From: Monocercomonoides exilis PA203
Taxonomy: Eukaryota; Protista; Preaxostyla
Direction of reading: 5' to 3'
Assembly (NCBI GenBank): GCA_001643675.2
Contig: LSRY02000046.1
Span: forward strand, 1-64,000
DNA length: 64,000 nt
This document shows positions 15,001 through 27,686 of this stretch, piece after piece. A program made the translations under genes and the position numbers. Numbering within the stretch: the first letter of the stretch is position 1; every line of letters begins with the position of its first letter. The notes beneath the pieces are model-generated. The model worked only from the letters and a program-made list of their open reading frames with translations, did not search any database and was not told the origin of the DNA.

Positions 15001-18000
15001 GGAAAAAATGACTGAAAAGGGGTCATTCAGATAGACTGAAAAAATGAAAATATTTTTTTAAAAAAGAAAGAATGACCAGACAACAAAAAGAATGTGTGTT
15101 TGGGAGGTGTTATGACAAAAGTTAAAAAAGAAAAATAAAAACAAATTGCACCTTTCAAAACCTCGGATCGTCAATTCTGAGCAAAATCGATAGATTTTGC
15201 CTGCCAACACAAAAAAATAAAAATTTAAAAAATTGCATAAAAATAACTTACAAACCGAATTGAATGCGAGTTGCTGCGCAACGTGTAACAATTAGCGACA
15301 CACACATATCGCTCGCCTCCACCCCAAATGCTCACCCCTTTTCTGATAAAGAAGGAAAAATGACTGAAAAAGGGGTCATTCAGATAGACTGAAAAATGAA
15401 AATATTTTTTTAAAAAAGAAAGAATGACCAGACAACAAAAAGAATGTGTGTTTGGGAGGTGTTATGACAAAAGTTAAAAAAGAAAAATAAAAACAAATTG
15501 CACCTTTCAAAACCTCGGATCGTCAATTCTGAGCAAAATCGATAGATTTTGCCTGCCAACAAAAAATAAAAATTTAAAAAAATTGCATAAAAATAACTTA
15601 CAAACCGAATTGAATGCGAGTTGCTGCGCAACGTGTAACAATTGGCGACACACACATATCGCTCGCCTCCACCCCAAATGCTCACCCCTTTTCTGATAAA
15701 GAAGGAAAAAATGACTGAAAAAGGGGGTCATTCAGATAGACTGAAAAAATGAAAATATTTTTTTAAAAAGAAAGAATGACCAGACAACAAAAAGAATGTG
15801 TGTTTGGGAGGTGTTATGACAAAAGTTAAAAAAGAAAAATAAAAACAAATTGCACCTTTCAAAACCTCGGATCGTCAATTCTGAGCAAAATCGATAGATT
15901 TTGCCTGCCAACACAAAAAAATAAAAATTTAAAAAATTGCATAAAAATAACTTACAAACCGAATTGAATGCGAGTTGCTGCGCAACGTGTAACAATTGGC
16001 GACACACACATATCGCTCGCCTCCACCCCAAATGCTCACCCCTTTTCTGATAAAGAAGGAAAAAATGACTGAAAAAGGGGGTCATTCAGATAGACTGAAA
16101 AAATGAAAATATTTTTTTAAAAAAGAAAGAATGACCAGACAACAAAAAGAATGTGTGTTTGGGAGGTGTTATGACAAAAGTTAAAAAAGAAAAATAAAAA
16201 CAAATTGCACCTTTCAAAACCTCGGATCGTCAATTCTGAGCAAAATCGATAGATTTTGCCTGCCAACACAAAAAATAAAAATTTAAAAAAATTGCATAAA
16301 AATAACTTACAAACCGAATTGAATGCGAGTTGCTGCGCAACGTGTAACAATTGGCGACACACACATATCGCTCGCCTCCACCCCAAATGCTCACCCCTTT
16401 TCTGATAAAGAAGGAAAAATGACTGAAAAAGGGGTCATTCAGATAGACTGAAAAAATGAAAATATTTTTTAAAAAAGAAAGAATGACCAGACAACAAAAA
16501 GAATGTGTGTTTGGGAGGTGTTATGACAAAAGTTAAAAAAGAAAAATAAAAACAAATTGCACCTTTCAAAACCTCGGATCGTCAATTCTGAGCAAAATCG
16601 ATAGATTTTGCCTGCCAACACAAAAAAATAAAAATTTAAAAAAATTGCATAAAAATAACTTACAAACCGAATTGAATGCGAGTTGCTGCGCAACGTGTAA
16701 CAATTGGCGACACACACATATCGCTCGCCTCCACCCCAAATGCTCACCCCTTTTCTGATAAAGAAGGAAAAATGACTGAAAAAGGGGTCATTCAGATAGA
16801 CTGAAAAAATGAAAATATTTTTTTAAAAAGAAAGAATGACCAGACAACAAAAAGAATGTGTGTTTGGGAGGTGTTATGACAAAAGTTAAAAAAGAAAAAT
16901 AAAAACAAATTGCACCTTTCAAAACCTCGGATCGTCAATTCTGAGCAAAATCGATAGATTTTGCCTGCCAACACAAAAAATAAAAATTTAAAAAATTGCA
17001 TAAAAATAACTTACAAACCGAATTGAATGCGAGTTGCTGCGCAACGTGTAACAATTGGCGACACACACATATCGCTCGCCTCCACCCCAAATGCTCACCC
17101 CTTTTCTGATAAAGAAGGAAAAAATGACTGAAAAAGGGGGTCATTCAGATAGACTGAAAAATGAAAATATTTTTTTAAAAAAGAAAGAATGACCAGACAA
17201 CAAAAAGAATGTGTGTTTGGGAGGTGTTATGACAAAAGTTAAAAAAGAAAAATAAAAACAAATTGCACCTTTCAAAACCTCGGATCGTCAATTCTGAGCA
17301 AAATCGATAGATTTTGCCTGCCAACACAAAAAATAAAAATTTAAAAAAATTGCATAAAAATAACTTACAAACCGAATTGAATGCGAGTTGCTGCGCAACG
17401 TGTAACAATTGGCGACACACACATATCGCTCGCCTCCACCCCAAATGCTCACCCCTTTTCTGATAAAGAAGGAAAAAATGACTGAAAAAGGGGGTCATTC
17501 AGATAGACTGAAAAAATGAAAATATTTTTTTTAAAAAAGAAAGAATGACCAGACAACAAAAAGAATGTGTGTTTGGGAGGTGTTATGACAAAAGTTAAAA
17601 AAGAAAAATAAAAACAAATTGCACCTTTCAAAACCTCGGATCGTCAATTCTGAGCAAAATCGATAGATTTTGCCTGCCAACACAAAAAATAAAAATTTAA
17701 AAAATTGCATAAAAATAACTTACAAACCGAATTGAATGCGAGTTGCTGCGCAACGTGTAACAATTGGCGACACACACATATCGCTCGCCTCCACCCCAAA
17801 TGCTCACCCCTTTTCTGATAAAGAAGGAAAAATGACTGAAAAAGGGGTCATTCAGATAGACTGAAAAATGAAAATATTTTTTTAAAAAGAAAGAATGACC
17901 AGACAACAAAAAGAATGTGTGTTTGGGAGGTGTTATGACAAAAGTTAAAAAAGAAAAATAAAAACAAATTGCACCTTTCAAAACCTCGGATCGTCAATTC

Positions 18001-20649
18001 TGAGCAAAATCGATAGATTTTGCCTGCCAACACAAAAAAATAAAAATTTAAAAAAATTGCATAAAAATAACTTACAAACCGAATTGAATGCGAGTTGCTG
18101 CGCAACGTGTAACAATTGGCGACACACACATATCGCTCGCCTCCACCCCAAATGCTCACCCCTTTTCTGATAAAGAAGGAAAAATGACTGAAAAAGGGGG
18201 TCATTCAGATAGACTGAAAAAATGAAAATATTTTTTTAAAAAGAAAGAATGACCAGACAACAAAAAGAATGTGTGTTTGGGAGGTGTTATGACAAAAGTT
18301 AAAAAAGAAAAATAAAAACAAATTGCACCTTTCAAAACCTCGGATCGTCAATTCTGAGCAAAATCGATAGATTTTGCCTGCCAACACAAAAATAAAAATT
18401 TAAAAAAATTGCATAAAAATAACTTACAAACCGAATTGAATGCGAGTTGCTGCGCAACGTGTAACAATTGGCGACACACACATATCGCTCGCCTCCACCC
18501 CAAATGCTCACCCCTTTTCTGATAAAGAAGGAAAAATGACTGAAAAAGGGGGTCATTCAGATAGACTGAAAAATGAAAATATTTTTTTAAAAAAGAAAGA
18601 ATGACCAGACAACAAAAAGAATGTGTGTTTGGGAGGTGTTATGACAAAAGTTAAAAAAGAAAAATAAAAACAAATTGCACCTTTCAAAACCTCGGATCGT
18701 CAATTCTGAGCAAAATCGATAGATTTTGCCTGCCAACACAAAAAATAAAAATTTAAAAAAATTGCATAAAAATAACTTACAAACCGAATTGAATGCGAGT
18801 TGCTGCGCAACGTGTAACAATTGGCGACACACACATATCGCTCGCCTCCACCCCAAATGCTCACCCCTTTTCTGATAAAGAAGGAAAAATGACTGAAAAA
18901 GGGGTCATTCAGATAGACTGAAAAATGAAAATATTTTTTTAAAAAGAAAGAATGACCAGACAACAAAAAGAATGTGTGTTTGGGAGGTGTTATGACAAAA
19001 GTTAAAAAAGAAAAATAAAAACAAATTGCACCTTTCAAAACCTCGGATCGTCAATTCTGAGCAAAATCGATAGATTTTGCCTGCCAACACAAAAAATAAA
19101 AATTTAAAAAATTGCATAAAAATAACTTACAAACCGAATTGAATGCGAGTTGCTGCGCAACGTGTAACAATTGGCGACACACACATATCGCTCGCCTCCA
19201 CCCCAAATGCTCACCCCTTTTCTGATAAAGAAGGAAAAAATGACTGAAAAAGGGGGTCATTCAGATAGACTGAAAAAATGAAAATATTTTTTTAAAAAAG
19301 AAAGAATGACCAGACAACAAAAAGAATGTGTGTTTGGGAGGTGTTATGACAAAAGTTAAAAAGAAAAATAAAAACAAATTGCACCTTTCAAAACCTCGGA
19401 TCGTCAATTCTGAGCAAAATCGATAGATTTTGCCTGCCAACACAAAAAATAAAAATTTAAAAAAATTGCATAAAAATAACTTACAAACCGAATTGAATGC
19501 GAGTTGCTGCGCAACGTGTAACAATTGGCGACACACACATATCGCTCGCCTCCACCCCAAATGCTCACCCCTTTTCTGATAAAGAAGGAAAAATGACTGA
19601 AAAAGGGGTCATTCAGATAGACTGAAAAAATGAAAATATTTTTTTTAAAAAAGAAAGAATGACCAGACAACAAAAAGAATGTGTGTTTGGGAGGTGTTAT
19701 GACAAAAGTTAAAAAAGAAAAATAAAAACAAATTGCACCTTTCAAAACCTCGGATCGTCAATTCTGAGCAAAATCGATAGATTTTGCCTGCCAACACAAA
19801 AAAATAAAAATTTAAAAAAATTGCATAAAAATAACTTACAAACCGAATTGAATGCGAGTTGCTGCGCAACGTGTAACAATTGGCGACACACACATATCGC
19901 TCGCCTCCACCCCAAATGCTCACCCCTTTTCTGATAAAGAAGGAAAAAATGACTGAAAAAGGGGGTCATTCAGATAGACTGAAAAAATGAAAATATTTTT
20001 TTTAAAAAAGAAAGAATGACCAGACAACAAAAAGAATGTGTGTTTGGGAGGTGTTATGACAAAAGTTAAAAAAGAAAAATAAAAACAAATTGCACCTTTC
20101 AAAACCTCGGATCGTCAATTCTGAGCAAAATCGATAGATTTTGCCTGCCAACACAAAAAAATAAAAATTTAAAAAAATTGCATAAAAATAACTTACAAAC
20201 CGAATTGAATGCGAGTTGCTGCGCAACGTGTAACAATTGGCGACACACACATATCGCTCGCCTCCACCCCAAATGCTCACCCCTTTTCTGATAAAGAAGG
20301 AAAAATGACTGAAAAAGGGGTCATTCAGATAGACTGAAAAAATGAAAATATTTTTTTAAAAAAGAAAGAATGACCAGACAACAAAAAGAATGTGTGTTTG
20401 GGAGGTGTTATGACAAAAGTTAAAAAAGAAAAATAAAAACAAATTGCACCTTTCAAAACCTCGGATCGTCAATTCTGAGCAAAATCGATAGATTTTGCCT
20501 GCCAACACAAAAAAATAAAAATTTAAAAAAATTGCATAAAAATAACTTACAAACCGAATTGAATGCGAATTGCTGCGCAACGTGTAACAATTGGCGACAC
20601 ACACATATCGCTCGCCTCCACCCCAAATGCTCACCCCTTTTCTGATAAA
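1..20649. repeat. Tandem satellite array, 352-bp unit, ~59 copies, running off the left edge of the window
   Basis: The marker aaacctcggatc recurs from ~38 to ~20456 with a ~352-bp period. Copies differ almost only in homopolymer length. The unit is A-tract rich and has small dyads (gcaaaatc-gata-gattttgc; aatgac...gtcatt; gttgc-tgc-gcaac). Confidence 0.99.
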
Positions 20650-20685
20650 AAACGCGAAAGCATTTCGCGTTTTTTATCAGAAAAG
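20637..20685. repeat. Perfect inverted repeat (23-bp arms, GCA loop) at the array boundary
   Basis: cttttctgataaaaaacgcgaaa (20637-20659), gca, then tttcgcgttttttatcagaaaag (20663-20685). The arms are exact reverse complements. Confidence 0.97.
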
Positions 20686-22599
20686 ACGTTCGCATTTTGG
20701 ATGTCGGACTCGCGCAGAGCGTAAAATGAAGTTTCTTATCGTGATCTTTGTTAATATTTGATTACAGCTGTTTAATCATTTTCAATGATCTTTTGTATTA
20801 TATTTGTATGCTTTCTAAATGATCAAAAAATTTATTTTTCACATATTGAAATTTCAATCTATTAATAAATGAAATTATTTTTTTAAGTATATCTCACAGT
20901 TAAGTGCTAAATATCAATGTCAAATTTTCATAAATATCTACTTATTGAAATATTTACACATTTTTATTTTTCTAAATTGTTCATATTTGTGGAAATTTTA
21001 TTTGTTATACAATAATTCACTTATTTATTTTGTTTGAGTTTACGCAAAAATTTTTTTATTCCAATCTGGTTAATTACGAAGTGTCTTTTTCAACAACTTT
21101 CATTCATTTTCAATACATAAATCAACGAAAAATGTCACCTAATAATGATGTGAAGTCAGATAGAAAAAAAAATTTAACGATTAAAAATTGAATTTTTAAC
21201 ATAGAAAAATGGTTATGATCTAGATCAAACATTTTTTTTAAAAAATTTATATTTAATAAAGAAGAAGGAATTAGTGGTTGATGAAAAGTTACGTATATGG
21301 GTAATAATATGAGAGGAATTGATTGATATTAAAATCAGAAATTAATTGATTCAAATTGTGGAATGATATGTTAAATAAAATTTTTCTGTCAAAATTTTCA
21401 TAATTATTTTTAAAATATCTCGATAAATAAATTTTTCTAAGCCGTGAGACTTTACCAGAGTGTTAGTTGGACTATTTGTGAATTTTTGAAGTCAGGGTCA
21501 AAAATTCGAAAAATGAGAAATTTTCATTTTTCTGATTAAGTTGAATTTAGCTCAAGTTATTCATAAAAATAGAAAAATTGGTGAAAATCGGTTTTTATGA
21601 AAGTTGTGATCGAAACTTATGAAAACACAAAAGTTCGGATAATTCGCGAATAGTCCGCTGAATTTTTTCGGGCCAGATTGGTCTGGTTAGAGAGAAAATG
21701 TCATAAGAATATTTTAACTGAAAAAGTGGTGATCTTAGATCAAGGACCGAAAAATATGGGGTCTCAGATTCCTTTGATAATTGGCAGGTGGCAAGGACGT
21801 GGGCCCCTTATAAACATACTCGAATCTAAATTTTTTCTGTCGAGCGGTTGTGGCAGGGCAGTGCGGACAAGTTGGCCATTTTGACTGAAAAAATGAAAAA
21901 ATTTTTTTCTCGAAAATTTCAAAGTCGATATAAAATACGATTAAGCACATGAATACGACTTCTAATGTTGTATATTGACGATTTTTTGTTGGATACACTT
22001 ATTTGTAGTTTTTGAGTTTTAATCGAATTTTTGAGTGAAAATGTTCATTTTTGAGGTAAATCGAGTATAACTCCAGAAGTAACAGCCAGATAAATTTGAA
22101 ATTAATATATGATATATGTGCATATAGTGCGGTAAGAGCATGCATATGGGTGTTGGTGGTGGGGGTCTGGCAGGCGGTGCAGAAAAGAAATATATTTTTC
22201 ATAGTGACTGGGGGTGCTTGGTTAGTGAGGTCACAGAGAGTGAACCAGGGGCAAGTGGCTGAATCGAAACACATATGACCGGCACAGTAACCCATGCCCG
22301 GATGTGGCCAAACGGCGTTTCGATCGGCCCAGTGGTTGCTGAGAAATCCGATCGGCTAGTTGTTTTGAGTTCGGTTCTGATTTTTCACATAGAAAAATGA
22401 CTTGGGGGTATTGACTTGGTGATGCTGTGGAGTGTGAGAGGAGGGCAAGTGATCGGAGTTAGAGGGATATGTTGGGGAATGTTAGTGGAGGTAGGATGTG
22501 GTGCAATTACTAAGAGATTGGGTCAGCGGATATTCCTCCACACATCAATCAGTATAATTACTATTTGAAAATTGAATTTTTCTTTTATAATTTTTTTTT

Positions 22600-24870
22600 G
22601 AAAAAATTTATTGCAATGTTAAACCTGCCATTCAACTTTTTATTGCATTGCTTATCATATTATTAAACAAACTTTATTACTGCAACATAAAAATCCACTT
22701 TCGATAAATTGCAAATAAATAATATTGATCAAATCAAATTTTCATGTTTTAAAGATCCTATTTTGGAACATGTTGTAAATCAGTAATCTTCTTCGTCAAA
22801 CAAAGTAAAATCATCGTGCAACTTTTCTTCAGCAACTTTTTAACACGTAAATCTTCTATTTAACAGCTTATAACTTTTGGACTTGCATCTTTTTCCATAT
22901 ATTTCAGTAATCAAATAATTTGTGAATGATGCAAAAAATGTTGATTGCATACTCAATGTGCACTATTTCCGGCTGCGCAAATAAACATTCTTCTATGACA
23001 AAAGCATTTCTTCTGACATTCTTCCATCTTTGCAAAGAAATTCGTCAAAAATAGTTTAAGATTATCTGCTCATTCAAACCATGAATTATGATTCAAATTG
23101 AGATCGCTTTCGAAATAAGCATATACAGTTAACTTTCTTCAATTGTATTACCAGTTTGTAATATTTCATCTTTCTTTTTGTACATTATCTTTCTAATCAT
23201 ATAAATTACTATTATTTCCAGAGATTATCTTATATCAAAACATGAAACATTTTTAAATCATTTCTTTTCATTTTTATCTTGCTAATTCAATCTCATGAAA
23301 AGAAAAATTTTTCTTTTGTTGAGTACAAACAGTTTCAATAATTTAATTCATTGAAATTGTTTGAAAGCAGATAATATTCCAGTAACATATAAGCTATAAA
23401 TAATAATTCATGATAATTTGCAAGCATATTCACATATTTTACGCTCAATAAGATTGGCATTGACTTTCAATTGAATTGTATCACTTTTATTTTGAATTCA
23501 ATTACCAAGTTTCCGCTTCATTTGATAATCTTTAGTTTTCATTCATATTTAATGAAGAACAATATCTTTATTTCCATCATTAGAAACTTTCGCAAGTTAT
23601 TCAATTTCGTTGAGAAAGTTATAAAACTTCATTTTTGTTTGCCAAACTCTTTATTTTTAGTTTTTATTTGTTTTAATATTTCGTTTCAAAAATGCTCAAT
23701 AAGAAACATAACAATTATGAACTTTCACCGTTAAAACAATCGTAAATTGTTAACCTTCTGAATTTCATTTTCAGATGATGTTTTCACAGAATTTTAAAAA
23801 ACAAATGAACGAAAATCTCATTCCAATAATGAATCAAAATATTTCTGTATGCATCTTATTAAATTGGAGATATTAATGAACATTCTTTTCAAAAATTTAT
23901 TTGAAAAAAGTGAAATTTCCTTTCATCCGATCATGTTTTCCATTGTCAATTTATGAAAATGTCAAAAACCTTGCTCCTTCTTTACTAAATCTAACAAACA
24001 CTGCAGTAATCTAGACTAAATGCATAACAAATAGTTGCAAAAGCTGATTAGTGTGCTTCTGTAAATTTACTCTGCTTTTAATCCAACAAATTTTTCCTCA
24101 ACGAAAATCAATACTTGGCAAAAATGGAAAAGTTTTCATTGAAAATATCATTTCTGGATGCATGGCAAAGATCATTCCCAAGTATTCCCTTCAAGCGTGT
24201 TTGTTGTTTCACCGAAGTTGAACTTCTTCTTCATGTAATTATCCATATTTCTTCTTTGACACGAACGTTCATAATCTTACTGATAATGACAAAGATCTAA
24301 ATGAATTTGTATCAAACTTTATATTATGTGTTCATGCTTTTTTGCTTATTTTCTTTGTTCAACTTTTCTCAGCGATGGATTTACAAAACTTCAATCTTCA
24401 TCTAGTTTTGTATATTGCTTCCGCATTCAACGAAAAACTGAAACACTTCACCTTTCGATTTCAATTGTCATATCGCTTTTTTTCTTTTTGCAATAAATTT
24501 CTTTGCAATTAACATTTCTCTTTCAAAACAATAAAATTATTAAACAAACCTTTCTAAATAGTCCACCTTTGTTAATAGATAATTCCTTTCGAAAAACTTT
24601 GTAAATAACACTAATTTATTTTGTTCTTTCCAGAATTGAACGATTCCATCGAATTCCTTTTATTTGACAAGAAGCATTCAATTATTCTCTTTTTGTTCAT
24701 TCTTGACTGAACAAAATGATTGAATTTTCAATATTCATCTGTGACGTATTTCATTTCTAAAATATACTTTGATTTTCTGTTCATTTTTAACAGAACCTTT
24801 CTCGAACAGTCAAGTTTTCCATTTCTTGCTTTTGAAAGTGTATGTAATATTTTCATTGACAATATTTGAT
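22600..24870 (-). pseudogene. Possible heavily decayed coding sequence, product unknown
   Basis: The minus strand is purine-rich and gives short protein-like fragments (e.g. ECLFAQPEIVHIEYAINIFCIIHKLFDY) broken by many stops. No recognisable domain. Confidence 0.25.
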
Positions 24871-24938
24871 GTGAATGATAAAAATATTTAAAATGGAGCA
24901 AGCCTGTCAGCAGATTAATTTCAATAAAGGCAAAAAAT

Positions 24939-27686
24939 TCAATTTCCAGAACGTCTTTTCAATTTCTTCTCTTTGCAATTAACAACAGAAGAAGATGATG
25001 TTTTCTTTGACAACTCTTCAAGCGACTTCTTTTTCTTTGTGAACGAGTCCGATTTATTTCTGTAACTTGCACGGATTAACTCATCAGCAGCATTCAGATC
25101 TTCATCTTCGTCATCAACTATGCTTATCGTTAAATCATTGTTCATCTGCTCATTATCGCAACACACTTCTTCTTCGTTTCTATCATCTTCATCGTCTTCT
25201 CTGCTGTCTTCGCATTTGATTTCCTTCCATTCACTTGAATCCGAGCAACTTTCAGAATCATCAACATCTTCGGATTCACTTGACTCATTTCTTTGTAAAC
25301 TGCAGTCATTCGCATCATCCTTTATGACTTTTATTGCGTGAGTATTATTTTCCTTGGCATCGTTCTCATCCTCGTCATCATGTATTATTTTCAAACAATG
25401 CAACACTTCGTCCCTGGAATATTCTGGGTGCCTTCGCCACTGCTTCTTTTGCAAGTTTCGCCAACGATCTTTAAGATCCTGACCACTTCTTCCATCGAAT
25501 TGAAGCGACATGTCGCACCATCTCATTTTTTGCTGCTTACACCTTCTGAGCAGCTCATCTTCTTCCTTTGTGAAGAATCTTCTTTTCTTTTGCTTCTTTT
25601 TCACCTTTATGGCATTGGAACTTGTGGAATTTTTGTTGTTCATAAGTAATCTATTTGGAAGTTGATACGGGTTGTCTGATATAACTTCAACAGATGATGG
25701 TGAAGAAGAAGAACTTGAAGTTGCACTGCTGGAAGATTGTGTTGAAGATGATGATGTGCATTCTTGGTTTGATTGTTTTCCTTCTCCATCTGAGTTCGTG
25801 TTTGTGGATTCGCTCCCTTCAGTGTTTTCGCTTTGACCCTGTGACTCTTCATCGGATTGTTGAATTGAGAGATCATTTTCATTTGAAGATGATGTGCAGT
25901 TGGATGATGCTTCTTGAGGGAAACTGCCTTTTAAATCTAGACTGCGTCTCACAGGATAATCACTTAGATTAACAAAATCATCAACCAAATTGTCAAGATT
26001 AGCTAATGATTTTGACAATTTACAAACCACGTCTTGTCGAATGATTTTCATTCTTATCGTGTGAAAGTCATTTTCCTTCAAAGCTCTAAAAGAAGACTTT
26101 TCTTTTTGGTGAATGCACGCTTTGCTCTCAAGGAAAGGTTTTCGTTCTTGTCGATATAAGCTTTAGCACATTTCTTCCATTGGTTTCGAATTTCCCTTTC
26201 ACCATCTTCCAAGTGCTTCATTGCATCATTGAAATGATCATTCACTGCATTTCTAAATGTCTGAAATTGTTCTTTGATTGTTCTTTTGGGTCTGACAACT
26301 TGATACTATGATATGCAGCGATAGAAGTTAGAGCCAGATCTATTACAGTATCTCCAGGCTTGGGATTCACTAATCTGGAGCATACCGTTATTTTCTTGGA
26401 GGTATTTCTGACGTAAGTTAACTGAGCCCTGCCAAATGGGACCCAGTCAGCGACGTAAGCAGTGTGTTCAAGTATCCCTCTTAACTTTTCTTCATCTGTT
26501 CCGGCTACCATAATTGCAGTACAGATGAAGCCTGCCCTTAAGGAGTGAAAAGAAAAGAGTTTACAAGGGTACCCTGCTTGCTCTGATCTTTTTCTGAACC
26601 TTAAGGACATTGCTGCTGGGCTCATGTCCCACAGCTTTTTCGACAACACATTCTTCGGCCACTTTTGTCTCGTTTTCAAAGATAGATGGTGGTTAACCTG
26701 CAAATGACGCTCAAGCCAATAAACAGGATCTCTGACTTGTTCATGTAAGCTGGTATGAGCAAATCTTCCTTCGATCGTTACAGAGTGGTTAGAGTTTGGA
26801 TGTCCCTTCAGCCTTCTCAATCTGATTTCAACCAAGATGCACTCAGCGTGTAAATCCGAAATTGTTACGTTTTTAACATCCTCTAAAAAACGTTTGCACA
26901 TGTAATTGACCTAGCTCCGCAGTGAACAGCAAATAGAAAAAGAGAACAATCAAAATCAAAAAACATATTACCAGAATTGCTTCTTTCAATGATAAGGGCT
27001 ACATCGTCAAGCAGTGCCGCTTCTTTTCCTTCTCCTTCCCTTTTGTAGCATCCGCTTTTTCTGACAGAAGAAAAAGCAGATCGAATCTGTTAATTTAAGC
27101 TCACTGGAAAAGTCGAATTCTTTCGTTTGTTGAAGATGTTGTGATTTTAAAGATGGAATGACAACATTTTCAACACTTTTAATAGAATATAAACATTCAA
27201 TGCAGAGAAATTGAATGAATGAAGAGATTGTTGATGATTGTATTGGAAAAGGTTGGCTTTTAAGCAATTTCGCATATGGAACGTAAAGTTTTTCAGCCCA
27301 TTTATATTTGCGATGGAGAGAAGGAGATAGAATTGTAACTTGTTGAGAATAACGTTGTAATGTAAGCGGTTTGCTTTTTTTTTAAGGTTTTTTGTAATTT
27401 TGTCTCCCTTTTTGTTGCTATCCCGCATTCAGCAAAAACTCATCCCAGTTTGAAGGCATTTCGAAATATGGTTTGTCCAATTCTTCAGCTTCTTTATCTT
27501 TTTCAAATATCCCAAAAAAATATAAATTAACAAAAATGAAATCAACAAGATAAATATGCAAACATAAATATAAAAAAAACCTTCAAAATGATTGCTTTCA
27601 ACCTGTTTCAAGTTGTCTAACTTCTTGGTTCGAATATTAAACAGCAAATGTTTTGATCGAGGTTGTCGAAAATTTAAATTTGACAT
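24939..27686 (-). pseudogene. Disrupted tyrosine recombinase fused to a telobox-type Myb domain (Crypton-like element gene), roughly 900 codons reconstructed
   Basis: Joining frames gives an N-terminal core-binding-like region (KYKWAEKLY...PFPIQSSTISSFIQFLCIECLYSIKSVENVVIPSL), then FAVHCGAR (~26910-26921), RRLKG, DPVYWLERHL, FHSLRAGF (~26536-26547), ADW and LTYV. A linker and Ser-rich region follow, then RRFFTKEEDELL...RSGQDLKDRWRNL (~25446-25590) and an acidic tail. Lesions: in-frame TAG (~27419) and TAA (~27382), frameshifts at short homopolymers (~27040, ~26885, ~26273, ~26100), and a first intron (~27513-27580) whose acceptor reads TG instead of AG. Confidence 0.85.

Noticed and set aside
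1-20649. CRISPR array, or tandem 5S/tRNA/snRNA/spliced-leader genes
   Set aside because: There are no unique spacers, and I recognise no 5S, tRNA or Sm-site motifs in the unit.
34-20695. Dozens of 60-186-aa ORFs in the tandem array
   Set aside because: They are translations of the satellite. Frames change with homopolymer length and there is no conserved start, stop or domain.
24939-27686. DIRS/Ngaro retrotransposon or bacterial/phage integrase contamination
   Set aside because: No gag, RT or RNase H ORFs nearby. The gene has a spliceosomal-type intron and a eukaryotic Myb domain.
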